Shown: positions 21,388 to 30,853, counted from the first letter of the stretch. The stretch is DNA of 64,000 nucleotides from Myxococcota bacterium (GCA_965228475.1 OZ245817.1:2944001-3008000); one strand, 5' to 3'. Numbers and translations are program-made. The notes: generated by a model not told the origin, from the letters alone.

Positions 21388-22151
21388 ATGTCCGACCCGC
21401 AAGACGCCGCAGGCGAGAAGCCGACCCTGCACCCCGAGTTCGTGAAGAACCTGGTGCGCACCTTCGACGATCCGGACGAGCACGGCGTCCATCTGCTCTT
21501 CAACGAGTGGTGGCCCTTTGCACCGGACGCGACGATCGAGCGCTACCTCGAGAACGTCCGCGCGGCGCCCGGCGCAGGCCGCTTTCTCTCCGAGCGCTAC
21601 TTCGCCCCCCAACGACGCTCGAAGACCTCGCCGCGATGCCGGACGGGTCGCTCGGCCGCGACTACCACGCCTTCCTCACCGAGAACGGCCTCGAGAAGAA
21701 CCTCGCCACCGACTACAAGAGGCTCCACGACTTCATGGCCCGCTCGGGCCAGCTCGATCGCATGCCCGAGGATCTCAAGTACGCGATCATCCGTGGCTTC
21801 CAGATCCACGACATCCTGCACGTCATCACGGGCTACACGCCGAGCCGGCTCCACGAGCTCGGCCTCCAGGCCTTCTGCCTCGCCCAGCTCCAGTTTCCGT
21901 ACTTCGGGATGTGGATGGCGACGACCACCTCCCGCATGACCTTCCTCCAACCGGACGCCATCGTCCCCGTGATGGACGCGATCAGCGGGGGCTGGCAGCT
22001 CGGCCGGCACGTCGAGAACCTGCAGTTCGAGCGCTGGGAGGCGATGTTCGCGGAACCGCTCTCCGACGTCCGGCTCCGGTATGGCATTCCGCCGGAAGGG
22101 CTCGAGCTCTCGCGGAGCCGCGGGGAAGCAGGCCGGCAAAGCGCGGGATAA
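21388..22151 (+). pseudogene. Coq4-family protein, frameshifted at the C6 run 21605-21610 (or sequencing error)
   Basis: N-terminal frame from ATG 21388 (..ERYFAP) switches to the frame TLEDLAAMPDGSLG..HDILHVITGY..E; adding one C restores a single ORF. Confidence 0.7.
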
Positions 22152-22273
22152 CCCGCCGTCGCCATGGAAAAAAGGCGAGAGGAGTCGCCCGAGCGAGGCC
22201 CCCGTTCGGGCAAGTTTCTGCGCAACCTTCGGCCAGTCCGCGTATACCTACCGGGTGGAGGACGGAGGTGCCG

Positions 22274-22996
22274 ATGGCGCGTCGGGGCGCTGGCCGAGAC
22301 CGAGACCGTCCGATGCTGCGGACGTTGCTGTGGTGGGTCGCTCTCGCGTCGATCCTCGCCCCGGCCGGGGCTCAGGCCGAGCCCGTCGACCTCGCCAACG
22401 CGACACCGCGCTGGGTGTGGGTTCGCTTCGAGATCTCGCCGCCCGAGCTGCCCGGCCAGACCGACGCCCAGTACACGAGCCCCCAGGCAGCTTGGTTCGA
22501 GCCCAGCGACGACGGCGCCGAGGTCCGCATGACCGTCTCGGGCTCGACGGTCGAGTCGGATCTCCTCGCGCACCAGGACCCCGTGGCCGGAAGCTTCAGC
22601 GACTTCCGATGGTCGATCGACCCGCGCACCGGCCACGTGCTCTCGGCCACGCTCGAGGGCGAGGTCGTGCGGCATCTCGATTTCGGCGTCGCCAAGGCCA
22701 AGGTTCCCGCGAAGGTCCGGTTCGAGATGAGCACGCTGCGCGCGGCCGGCTTCCGGTCGACACGCCGCATCCTCGGCGAGACCGTGAACCGCTACTGCAC
22801 CCCGCCCGGCGCGCGCAGCTGCACCGCGGTCGAGCCGCGCCAGTACGACCCGGAGACCGGCTACGTGAACGCCGTCGGCTCGGTGCAGGTCGACTCGCGC
22901 ATCATGCGCCTCAAGACCTTCTCGACCCTCGGCGAGGCGCGCCTCAGCGAGATGGATCCGAGCGAAGCCGGCCCCACCCTGGCGGCGGCGCCCTGA
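22274..22996 (+). CDS. Secreted hypothetical protein
   Basis: GGAGG RBS, signal peptide ending AQA, host-like codon use; alternative start 22313. Confidence 0.65.
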   Translation: MARRGAGRDRDRPMLRTLLWWVALASILAPAGAQAEPVDLANATPRWVWVRFEISPPELPGQTDAQYTSPQAAWFEPSDDGAEVRMTVSGSTVESDLLAHQDPVAGSFSDFRWSIDPRTGHVLSATLEGEVVRHLDFGVAKAKVPAKVRFEMSTLRAAGFRSTRRILGETVNRYCTPPGARSCTAVEPRQYDPETGYVNAVGSVQVDSRIMRLKTFSTLGEARLSEMDPSEAGPTLAAAP

Positions 22997-23092
22997 GCGC
23001 GGCGCGGCGCTAGAAGCGATCCTGCGAGCTTCCACCACCACGGCAAGCCCCGGCGCCGCCCGGCTCCGGCTACGACACGTCGACCGGCGGAT

Positions 23093-24193
23093 CTACGCTC
23101 GCGCTCCGGGCGCGAGCTGCGCGTAGCTCGCTTCCAGGACCTCGACGAACCGCGGCCACAGCTTCGCGATCCATGCCGGGTCGTCGTCTGCGAATGCGGC
23201 GCGCACCTGCCGCCGCACGTCCTCCGCCGCACTCCCATGGGGATCGCCGTGACTGTGCAGCCAAGCGTCCGCGCGCAGCGATTGCAGCACGGCCACGAGG
23301 TCGACGGTGCCGTACTCGAGCGCCGCGGACGTGACCTCGGTCCCCGCCATCCAGTGGTCGAAGCGTTCGAGCCAGTCCCCGTGGAGACGCGCAGAAACGC
23401 TCTCGCCATCCACCATGGAGCGGACGCCCTTCCACCACCGTGCCGCGCGCTGGTAGCCCGCGGACTCCATGGCGTGGTGGCTGATCATCTCGCCGTATCC
23501 CCAATCTCCGAGCCCGGTGTGCACATCGATCACCGCCACCCGCTCGAGCCCGGCCAGCTCGCGCTTCGTGATCTCGTGCATCCGGCGATGGGACCAGGTC
23601 GGCCCGGACCCGCCGTAGAACACGCCACCCGGGTGCGCGTACTGCCCCTGGCTGATGTGCGCCTGCATCTTCGCCGTGCCGGACTCGGCGGCGTAGTCGA
23701 GCAGCGCCTTCGTCGAGCTGCTTTGGGACGCCTCGCTCCAATCCGCCGGCACGAGCAGGTCGGCCAGCTCGTCGTAGCCGGGGTTCGGGACCGGCTCCCC
23801 CGACCAGTCGATGTAGTTGCGATTGAGATCGACGTTGTCCTCGTTCACGCGGCGCGTCCAGGCGAACCCGTAGGGGTTGTGGGCGTGGAGCCAGACGCTG
23901 CGAACACCCTGGGGCTGCGAGGCGGAGTGATTCAGGAGCCAATGGGTCTGCAACGGCGAGCCCGCGTACCCCTCCACGCCATGGGTGCCGCTCACGACGA
24001 AGACCGCGCGCGTCGCACTCGCCGGCCCGAGCGATGCCACGTCCATCGCGATCTCGCCGTCCGGCCCGGCCTCCGGGTGGACGACGCTGCGGACCGTGGC
24101 ACCGGCCGCCTCGCAGGCCGCAAGGAACTCACGTCGGGCGACTGCGTAGCTGCCGGGCAGCCCGGCCGGCGGGGACGAGGTGCGTGTGCTCAA
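23093..24193 (-). CDS. M14-like metallocarboxypeptidase (DUF2817-like)
   Basis: SGTHGVEG, NPYGF, NVDLNRN, IDVHTGLG, LEYGT. Confidence 0.85.
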   Translation of the reverse strand: MSTRTSSPPAGLPGSYAVARREFLAACEAAGATVRSVVHPEAGPDGEIAMDVASLGPASATRAVFVVSGTHGVEGYAGSPLQTHWLLNHSASQPQGVRSVWLHAHNPYGFAWTRRVNEDNVDLNRNYIDWSGEPVPNPGYDELADLLVPADWSEASQSSSTKALLDYAAESGTAKMQAHISQGQYAHPGGVFYGGSGPTWSHRRMHEITKRELAGLERVAVIDVHTGLGDWGYGEMISHHAMESAGYQRAARWWKGVRSMVDGESVSARLHGDWLERFDHWMAGTEVTSAALEYGTVDLVAVLQSLRADAWLHSHGDPHGSAAEDVRRQVRAAFADDDPAWIAKLWPRFVEVLEASYAQLAPGARA

Positions 24194-24257
24194 AGGAGCA
24201 TCCGTAGCAGTGGGCGCATCGGGCAGACAGGGTACAACGCGCCCGGCACCCTTTCTC

Positions 24258-24362
24258 CTAGCGAGCGCGGAGGCGGAGGAGGCCGAGCAGTCCGGGCGCC
24301 ACGAGCCACGCCAGCCGCGGCTCGGGAACCGCGGTGACCTCGAGGCTCGTCAGATTCCAGCG
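24258..24362 (-). pseudogene. Orphan PEP-CTERM-like C-terminal tail fragment
   Basis: Reads RWNLTSLEVTAVPEPRLAWLVAPGLLGLLRLRAR*; in-frame TGA upstream at 24423-24425 and no ATG start. Confidence 0.55.
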
Positions 24363-24433
24363 AGGCTCGTGCGGCGAAGTGATCCTCGGCGCCCTGGCGG
24401 CATGGGACGGGCGAAGCTGCCTTCAACCCGCTC

Positions 24434-24474
24434 TTGATCCACGGCCTAGAATCTTCTAGGCTCTTGATCAAGAG
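24434..24474 (+). promoter_or_regulatory. Sigma70-like promoter and palindromic operator of tetR
   Basis: TTGATC-N17-TAGGCT; perfect palindrome CTCTTGATCAAGAG 24461-24474 abuts the ATG; second IR GCCTAGAA-TC-TTCTAGGC 24444-24461. Confidence 0.55.
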
Positions 24475-25050
24475 ATGCCTGCCAATCGACCCGACCGCAG
24501 CCGAGACGAGAAATCCGGCGAACTCCTGGAGATCGCCCAACAGCTCTTCCTCGAGCGTGGCTACGCCGGCACCACTCTGGCCGCGATCGCCACGAGAGGA
24601 GGGGTCTCGTCCAACGTCGTGCACTGGTACTTCGCGTCGAAGGACGAGCTGTTCGCAGCGGCCCTGGAAGCCCTGCAGGTCGCAGCGTTGAGCGCCCTGG
24701 GCGAGGACTTCGACGAGAGCGGGGCACCCGACGAGCCGAAGCGCCTCCAAGAACTATTGGTAGACCTGACACAACGAGCGGTAGCGGCGCACAGCCTCAT
24801 CAGCACCGTTCACGAACGTGCGAGCCACTCCGCTCCGATCGCCAGCCTCCATGAACGTGCGCACGAACGGTATGAGGCGTTCCTGCGCGGGCTTCTTTCG
24901 CGAAGCGGAGAGCGAGACGAGGACGTGGATCTCGTAGCTTCAGCTTTGCTGAGCGCGATCGAGGGCCTCGTCATGCACCAAGCGACGGAGGCGGAGAGTC
25001 GGCGAATGCTCTCGTTCCTGGTCAGCCGTCTGTGTCGTACCGAAGGATAG
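24475..25050 (+). CDS. TetR-family regulator
   Basis: LFLERGYAGTTLAAIA..GVS..HWYFASKDELF HTH. Confidence 0.9.
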   Translation: MPANRPDRSRDEKSGELLEIAQQLFLERGYAGTTLAAIATRGGVSSNVVHWYFASKDELFAAALEALQVAALSALGEDFDESGAPDEPKRLQELLVDLTQRAVAAHSLISTVHERASHSAPIASLHERAHERYEAFLRGLLSRSGERDEDVDLVASALLSAIEGLVMHQATEAESRRMLSFLVSRLCRTEG

Positions 25051-25063
25051 AGGGAGGGCAACA

Positions 25064-26233
25064 GTGACCCCCGGCTACATGGACATCCATCCGAACCCTG
25101 GGTTCAACTTCTTCATGAATCGACTGGCGTGGACGAACACTCCCGACGAGCTGCGAGAAGTCGGCGCACGCATCACGACGATGGAAGATTGGATCCGAGA
25201 AATGCTCAAGGCTGCAAAGACGGCCGAGGCCGAGGGCCGTTCACTCGAAGCCGCGAACTACTGGCGCGCCGCCGAGTTCTACATGGGCATCGAGGAACAG
25301 GGAAAAGCCGAAGCGTACGACCGGTTCCTCGAACTGCACGACAAGGCTCTTCCTGAGCTCGCGGCAAAGCGCACCACCGTTTCCTTCCGCGGTGGTGAAC
25401 TGCCCGTGATCGACCTCGCCCCCGAGGGCGAGGCTCGTGGCACGATCCTCGCGCACAGCGGGTTCGACGGGCTCGTCGAGGAGATGGTCACGGCTTTGGG
25501 CCCGCTCGTCGAAGCCCAGTATCGAGTGATCGCCTTCGAAGGTCCGGGACAGGGAGCGGCACTTCGCCACAGCGGTCTCCATATGGGGCACGACTGGGAG
25601 AAGCCCGTGGGTGCCGTTCTCGATCACTTCGACGTGCACGACTGCACGCTCATCGGTATGTCATTCGGCGGCTATCTGGCACCGCGTGCCAGCGCCTTCG
25701 AGCCCCGCATCAGCCGCGTCGTCGCTTGGGGGGCGATGTACGACTTCATCGAGTGTTTCGCGCGAGGCATGGGAAGAGCGAAGTTCGCCGCCCTCTCCGC
25801 CCTGCTCCGTGTGGGTGCAAGAAGACAGGTGAACTCTGCGATCGCCCGTGTGGGGCGCTCGAATCCTGTCGGAAAGTGGGCAGTGGGTCACGGGATGCAT
25901 GTGAGCGGTTCCGCGGACCCGTTCGAGTTCTTCCGGTGGCTCACCCACATGAATCTTCGAGATGTCAGTAGCCAGATTCACCAGGACGTACTGATCGTCA
26001 TGGGTACGGAAGACCACCTCGTCCCGTTCGAGCAGGTCCATGCGCAGACCCGGGCACTCACCAGCGCCCGGTCCATTTCCATCCGCATCGCGACCGCCGA
26101 GGAGCAAGGCGCCCAGCACTGCCAGATCGGAAATCCAGGACTCGTCGTCGACGAGATCCTCCGTTGGCTGGAGGGCTTGGAGCGTCGAGACGAGGCACTC
26201 ACTGCTGCAGGCCCCAAGCCCGGGACGCCGTAG
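25064..26233 (+). CDS. Alpha/beta hydrolase (esterase-like)
   Basis: GFDG, EGPGQG, GMSFGG, EDHLVP, HCQIGN. Confidence 0.88.
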   Translation: MTPGYMDIHPNPGFNFFMNRLAWTNTPDELREVGARITTMEDWIREMLKAAKTAEAEGRSLEAANYWRAAEFYMGIEEQGKAEAYDRFLELHDKALPELAAKRTTVSFRGGELPVIDLAPEGEARGTILAHSGFDGLVEEMVTALGPLVEAQYRVIAFEGPGQGAALRHSGLHMGHDWEKPVGAVLDHFDVHDCTLIGMSFGGYLAPRASAFEPRISRVVAWGAMYDFIECFARGMGRAKFAALSALLRVGARRQVNSAIARVGRSNPVGKWAVGHGMHVSGSADPFEFFRWLTHMNLRDVSSQIHQDVLIVMGTEDHLVPFEQVHAQTRALTSARSISIRIATAEEQGAQHCQIGNPGLVVDEILRWLEGLERRDEALTAAGPKPGTP

Positions 26234-26456
26234 CTCGGTCGTTGCCCTCGCCGGTCCCGCGGCCTGCTCCTTCTCCATCTGCGTCCGTCGACTGCGAAGG
26301 CCGAATGGCCACCCGATCCCGAGCGTTGGCGCCTGGTCTATGACTAGAGGCCCTCACTCGGGACGATTGGCTCCGAGCACCTGCTGCGGAAGCAGAAGTC
26401 GTTGGGCTTCTTGGTTCCGGACGCGGGAGCCTGAACGCAACCAATCCCGAGGAAGA

Positions 26457-26482
26457 TGGTGGAGGCGGGGGAATCGAGCCCG
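26457..26482 (-). repeat. Degenerate copy of the tmRNA 3' end (att-like junction J1)
   Basis: TGGTGGAGGCGG-GGGAATCGAGCCCG vs ssrA TGGTGGAGGCGGCGGGAATCGAACCCG (1 deletion, 1 mismatch). Confidence 0.8.
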
Positions 26483-26591
26483 ACCTAGAGCGATCTTTTC
26501 TTAAATTTTTTCAGCTACTTGGAGCGCGATAGACCTGGCTCCGAGTTGGCTCCGCCAGCGGCTGATATACCCAGTCCGTATATTTTTCGGC

Positions 26592-27485
26592 ATGGATATA
26601 CGCGATCTGGAAGACTTCCTCGCTGTGCTGACTCACGGCAGCATCCTCGGTGCCGCCGACGAGCTGGGCGTCGCGCAGCCCGCTTTGAGCCGCCGGATCC
26701 GGGCGCTCGAGTCGTCGCTCGGCGTCCCCCTCCTGACCCGCGGCAGTCGCGGCGTGACCCCGACCGTCTACGGCCAGCTGCTCGAGCGGCACGCGCGGCT
26801 CGTCCTCCGCGACCGACAGCAGGCCGTCGATGAACTGCATGCGCTTCGGGACGGTGTCGAGGGGCACGCACGCATCGGGGTCGCCCCGGCGCTTTCCGGC
26901 CTTCTGCCGACCGTCATCGATCGCCTCTGCTCGGAGCGGCCGCGATTGACGTTCAGCGTCGTCGAGGGGACGTACCTCTCCCTCGCGGAAGACCTTCGAG
27001 CCGGCGAGATCGACGGGGCCTTCTCCTTGGTCCCACCCGGCGCAACGCACGAAGGGCTCGCCATTCGCACGCTCGCGCCGGATCCGCTCGTGATCGTCTG
27101 CAACCCGAAACACCCGCTGCTTCGCAAGAAGCGACTTCGGCTCTCCGACCTTCGGGACACTCCGTGGGCCCTCATGAGGGAGCCGCGCTCGTTGGTCGAT
27201 GCCTTCCTGGACCTCGCGGCGGCGCGCGGCCTCCAATCGCCCCGCATCTCGGTCCGGACGGACTCTCTCGACGTCCTGAAATCACTGGTCCTTCGCGGGA
27301 GCTTCCTCACCGCGCTCCCGCGCGGCGCCGTCCGGCCCGAGCTCGGCGAGAAACGCGCCGCCCTCCTCGAGACGGTCGAACGGCTCCCCAGGCCCTCTGC
27401 CGCGTTCCTTCATCGCCAGGAGATCCTCCCGCCCGCCGTCGGACTGCTCGTCGACGAGGTCTCCGCTTCGCTCGAGACCACCTGA
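26592..27485 (+). CDS. LysR-family regulator
   Basis: MDIRDLEDF..GSILGAADELGVAQPALSRRIRALE. Confidence 0.93.
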   Translation: MDIRDLEDFLAVLTHGSILGAADELGVAQPALSRRIRALESSLGVPLLTRGSRGVTPTVYGQLLERHARLVLRDRQQAVDELHALRDGVEGHARIGVAPALSGLLPTVIDRLCSERPRLTFSVVEGTYLSLAEDLRAGEIDGAFSLVPPGATHEGLAIRTLAPDPLVIVCNPKHPLLRKKRLRLSDLRDTPWALMREPRSLVDAFLDLAAARGLQSPRISVRTDSLDVLKSLVLRGSFLTALPRGAVRPELGEKRAALLETVERLPRPSAAFLHRQEILPPAVGLLVDEVSASLETT

Positions 27486-27509
27486 GGCCCCCGCCGAGCG
27501 GCCCGGTCG

Positions 27510-27528
27510 GTATGCCGGGGCTGCATAC
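27510..27528. promoter_or_regulatory. Putative LysR box GTATGC-N7-GCATAC
   Basis: Inverted repeat of the kind LysR regulators bind, upstream of the amidohydrolase. Confidence 0.45.
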
Positions 27529-27606
27529 GCAATGACACCCCGGGACATACGCCGGGTCTCGTGAGCGCCATATCCTCGCGCTCGTCATGAGGACGGGGAG
27601 AAGGCC

Positions 27607-28836
27607 ATGAAGACGACCCGAAGAGAGGTTCTCCAATCCACACTCTGGCTCGCCGCGGCCCTCGGCGCCGGCGCTCCGGGAGCGGTGGCGCGCGCGGCGA
27701 GCGGCCGGCCGAAGTTCAAGCGCATCGCCGTGGAAGAGTCGTTCATGACCCGGGAGGTCTTCGGCGGCTTCCTCGAGCTCCTGGCCGAGGATCCCGGATC
27801 GGAGCCGGGCTTCGCTCACTTCTTCGAGACGGCCCTCGGAAAGCCGGGGGAGCTCGTCGCGGGTCTGTCTTCGGTCGTGGGCGGCGAGAACACGGCCGAC
27901 CTCGTGAACTGGATCAGCCGAAGCGCCGCCGCGCTGGGCAGCGAGGCCTCCATCACGGCCCTCGCTCGCCAGTTCGACCTCGGCGCGGAGCGGCTGCGCA
28001 TCATGGACGAGACCGGCGTGGCCATGCAGGTCGTCTCGCTCGGGTCTCCCGGCGTCCAGGTGTTCGAAGCCGAGAAGGCGACGGCGCTCGCCCGCGCGGC
28101 GAACGACCAACTCGCGGCAGCGGTCCGCGCGAATCCCGATCGCCTGGCCGGTCTCGCGGCGATCGCGCCCCAGGCCCCGGCCGAGGCGGCCAAGGAGCTC
28201 GAGCGCGCGGTCACCGAGCTCGGCCTCTCGGGCGTGATGATCAACTCCCACACGAAGGGCGAGTACCTGGATGAGGAGAAGTTCCGGCCGATCCTCGCGA
28301 AGTGCGAGGCGCTCGGCGTCCCCCTCTACCTTCACCCCCGCACACCGTCCCCCGGAATGCTCGAGCCCTTCACCCGGTACCCAGGGCTCGCTGCGGCGAC
28401 CTTCGGGTTCAGCGTCGAGACGGCCCTCCATGCGCTGCGGCTCATCCTCGGCGGCGTCTTCGACGATTTCCCGGGCCTGACCGTCATCCTCGGCCACATG
28501 GGCGAGGGCCTGCCGTTCTGGATCGACCGGGTCGACAACCGCACCGCCTTCATCCAGACGGGCCCGGGCCCGAAGCCCCGGAAGCTCCGCAAGAAACCGA
28601 GCGACTACCTGCGCGAGAACTTCTACGTCGCGACGAGCGGGATGGACTTCGAACCCGCGCTCCTGCTGGCACACCGGGTCGTCGGCCCCGACCGGATCCT
28701 GTTCGCCATCGACTACCCGATGGAGGACGGCGCGCACCCCGTCCGCGTGATCGACGAGGCGCCGATCAGCGACGACGACAAGACCCAGATCTACCAGACC
28801 AACGCCGAGCGGGTCTTCGGGCTCTCGTCGGCCTGA
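27607..28836 (+). CDS. Amidohydrolase_2-family aromatic-acid decarboxylase (LigW-like) with Tat signal
   Basis: IAVEESF, GVMINSHT, YLHPR, GHMGEG, FAIDYP; N-terminal TRREVL plus hydrophobic stretch and ARA. Confidence 0.85.
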   Translation: MKTTRREVLQSTLWLAAALGAGAPGAVARAASGRPKFKRIAVEESFMTREVFGGFLELLAEDPGSEPGFAHFFETALGKPGELVAGLSSVVGGENTADLVNWISRSAAALGSEASITALARQFDLGAERLRIMDETGVAMQVVSLGSPGVQVFEAEKATALARAANDQLAAAVRANPDRLAGLAAIAPQAPAEAAKELERAVTELGLSGVMINSHTKGEYLDEEKFRPILAKCEALGVPLYLHPRTPSPGMLEPFTRYPGLAAATFGFSVETALHALRLILGGVFDDFPGLTVILGHMGEGLPFWIDRVDNRTAFIQTGPGPKPRKLRKKPSDYLRENFYVATSGMDFEPALLLAHRVVGPDRILFAIDYPMEDGAHPVRVIDEAPISDDDKTQIYQTNAERVFGLSSA

Positions 28837-28947
28837 CGCCTAGCGCCGTTCCGAAGCTGGCGCTGGGACTCGGCACGCAGCGGCCCTCAAACGCGGGCCG
28901 GTTGGCTCCACGCTCGCTCCGATCATAAGCATCTGATTCAATTGATA

Positions 28948-28976
28948 AAATTGGTGGAGGCGGCGGGAATCGAACC
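28948..28976 (-). repeat. Exact 29-bp copy of the tmRNA 3' end (att-like junction J2)
   Basis: AAATTGGTGGAGGCGGCGGGAATCGAACC identical to 31620-31648. Confidence 0.92.
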
Positions 28977-29087
28977 TGACGTCCCGGAGAAATTCATTAG
29001 CAAAAGCAGGCACTTGGATTCAGGCGACCTGGCTCCAAGCTGGCTCCGACGACCTCTGTTCGAAGGCTCCGAGCACAGCGTCAGCGA

Positions 29088-30188
29088 CTAGCCGTCGCCT
29101 GCGCGGACGGAAACGACGCGCCTTCCGAGCAGGTTGAGTTTGAAGCGACGGATGGTCTCCGGCTCGATGCGATGCCCGGTCTCGTCCTCGAAGGAGAGCG
29201 CATCCACGGGGCATTGCACGACGCAGGCACCGCAGCGGATGCAGCGCTCGTCGTGAGCGAGTTCGACCTTGCGTTCGGTCTCCCGCTTCTCGAAACAGGC
29301 CTCCGGACAGACCGCCCAGCACGAGTACACGCCCTTGCATCGCTCGAGGTCGAGTGCAATGCGCCAGTCGGCACCGTCGTGGCCCGCGGGCGCGCGGGTC
29401 GGTGAGGAGCCGTCGAAGTCGAAGGTGATCACGGCCGCCAGGCATGCCGCGGCCAGCGGAGCGGTGGCCAGCCCCAACCCCTCGGCGCCCAGGACCCACG
29501 CCACAAGGAACGCACCCAGCGTTCCCCCGCCCACGATGATCCAGCGCCTGGGCTCGGGCAGTCGGTCGTAGAAGCCGAAGGCACTGAGCGCCAGCGCCCA
29601 GACGAACACGACGGCCGCCAGCCCCCAGCCCGCCTGCACCAGCCAACCGATCGCGCCCGCGACGACGGACACCGGTGCAGCCCACGCAGCGGCCATCTCC
29701 AGGCGCTCGCCGAGCGAGAACCGGGCCCGTCGCATGGAATCGGTCTTCTTCTCGCCAGCGTCCAGGTAGGCAGGCAGATCCTCGGCATAGACAGGCCCGA
29801 AGCGCGCCTTCCAACCGCAGCGACGCGAAAGGTCGACGGCTCGCACACCCGTTGCCGCGAGCTGGGGAAGGATGACGCGGCGGTGCGTGACCCGGCCCTC
29901 GACTCCGCTGGTCTTGAGCGCCGTCACGACTTGGGGCGTAGAGAGCAGACCTCCCGCTGCAGCGCACCAGACGTTGATGCCTCCGCTCGGAGCCACGACG
30001 AGCCAGGCATCGACACCCCGCAACGCTCGCGTCACCCGGCGAACGGTCAGGTCGTAGTTCCCGGTGACGAGCACGGGACTCCCGGCCCCCGGAGAGCCGA
30101 TGGCGCGAAGCCCCGGCTCGGTCGGCCAGGGGAGCATCCGGAAAGCGGTCTGCAGCCCTTCTCGTATCAGCTCGGTGAGCGGCATCAT
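29088..30188 (-). CDS. Fused HgcAB-like protein (CdhD-type corrinoid domain + TM region + ferredoxin)
   Basis: SPVLVTGNYDLT, GINVWCAAAGG cap helix, ILPQLAATGV, FGPVYAEDLPAYL, TM helices, CKGVYSCWAVCP and CIRCGACVVQCP. Confidence 0.88.
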   Translation of the reverse strand: MMPLTELIREGLQTAFRMLPWPTEPGLRAIGSPGAGSPVLVTGNYDLTVRRVTRALRGVDAWLVVAPSGGINVWCAAAGGLLSTPQVVTALKTSGVEGRVTHRRVILPQLAATGVRAVDLSRRCGWKARFGPVYAEDLPAYLDAGEKKTDSMRRARFSLGERLEMAAAWAAPVSVVAGAIGWLVQAGWGLAAVVFVWALALSAFGFYDRLPEPRRWIIVGGGTLGAFLVAWVLGAEGLGLATAPLAAACLAAVITFDFDGSSPTRAPAGHDGADWRIALDLERCKGVYSCWAVCPEACFEKRETERKVELAHDERCIRCGACVVQCPVDALSFEDETGHRIEPETIRRFKLNLLGRRVVSVRAGDG

Positions 30189-30853
30189 GGGCCCGACTCG
30201 GTGCGCCGTCCGACGAGAACGCCCAGGCTTCCCCACAACCAACGGCGGTCGCTCTCGTCGATCAGCCCGCTGCTGCGGATCTCCGCGGCGAGGTCGTCCA
30301 GTGGCCGGCTCAGCGAACCTGCGAGGAGCCAGGCCACCAGCGCCTGCGGCCCTCGGAGCAGACGCAAGACGGTCCGGGGGAGGAGCGAGCTAGGGCGCAG
30401 CTCGTCGGCCACCACGAGAGCGCCTCCAGGCCGAAGGCGGTCCGCAGCCTGCTTCACGACGAAGGCGCGCTCGGCGCGGCCCATCTCCGAGAGCACGAAG
30501 CTCGCTGCGACCGCATCGAACCCCCGCACTGGAAGCGAATCGATCTCGGCGGCTGCGCGCTCGAGGAGGACCACCTGCCATCCCGGACCCTTGCGCAGGC
30601 GCTGTTCGCATTGTTCGAGCATCGCGGCGTTCGAGTCGAGGGCGGTGACTCGGGCTCCCCGAACCAGAAGGCGCTCCGTGAGAGCGCCTGTCCCGCATCC
30701 AATTTCCAGGACCTCGGCACCAGGTCGGGGCGCCGCCACTGCGGCCACCGCATCGAGGACGGCGTGCACTCGGCCGAGCGTCATGAGGTGCATCCCCGCG
30801 TCGTAGCGCTCGGGCGTCGACTCGAGCCATCGCATGAGGGCGAGAGAGCTCAC
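30185..30853 (-). CDS. Class I SAM methyltransferase, corrinoid-protein-associated (CpaM-like)
   Basis: LESTPERYDAGM, VLEIGCGTG, LRPGGALVVADE; 4-nt overlaps with both neighbours. Confidence 0.85.
   Translation of the reverse strand: MSSLALMRWLESTPERYDAGMHLMTLGRVHAVLDAVAAVAAPRPGAEVLEIGCGTGALTERLLVRGARVTALDSNAAMLEQCEQRLRKGPGWQVVLLERAAAEIDSLPVRGFDAVAASFVLSEMGRAERAFVVKQAADRLRPGGALVVADELRPSSLLPRTVLRLLRGPQALVAWLLAGSLSRPLDDLAAEIRSSGLIDESDRRWLWGSLGVLVGRRTESGP

Larger units (their letters stand above)
26483..28947. mobile_element. Integrase-free tmRNA-associated cassette B (LysR + amidohydrolase)
   Basis: Bounded by ssrA 3'-end copies J1 and J2; arm-like and IHF-like motifs at its ends. Confidence 0.6.

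Noticed and set aside
23027..23039. 13-bp match (AGCTTCCACCACC) to the tmRNA 5' region (31957-31969) near the left edge of the accessory region
   Set aside because: Short, not the 3'-end att core, and without the arm or IHF motifs; may be chance, so not called a junction.
28952..28976. Possible tRNA genes at the GGTTCGATTCCC...CCA motifs (also 26457-26482)
   Set aside because: Only the T-arm and acceptor 3' half are present; they match the ssrA 3' end and lack D and anticodon arms.
29088..30188. Calling this gene hgcA / a mercury methylator
   Set aside because: Fused architecture, non-canonical cap helix (AAAGG) and no HgcB C-terminal cysteines; function cannot be assigned from sequence.
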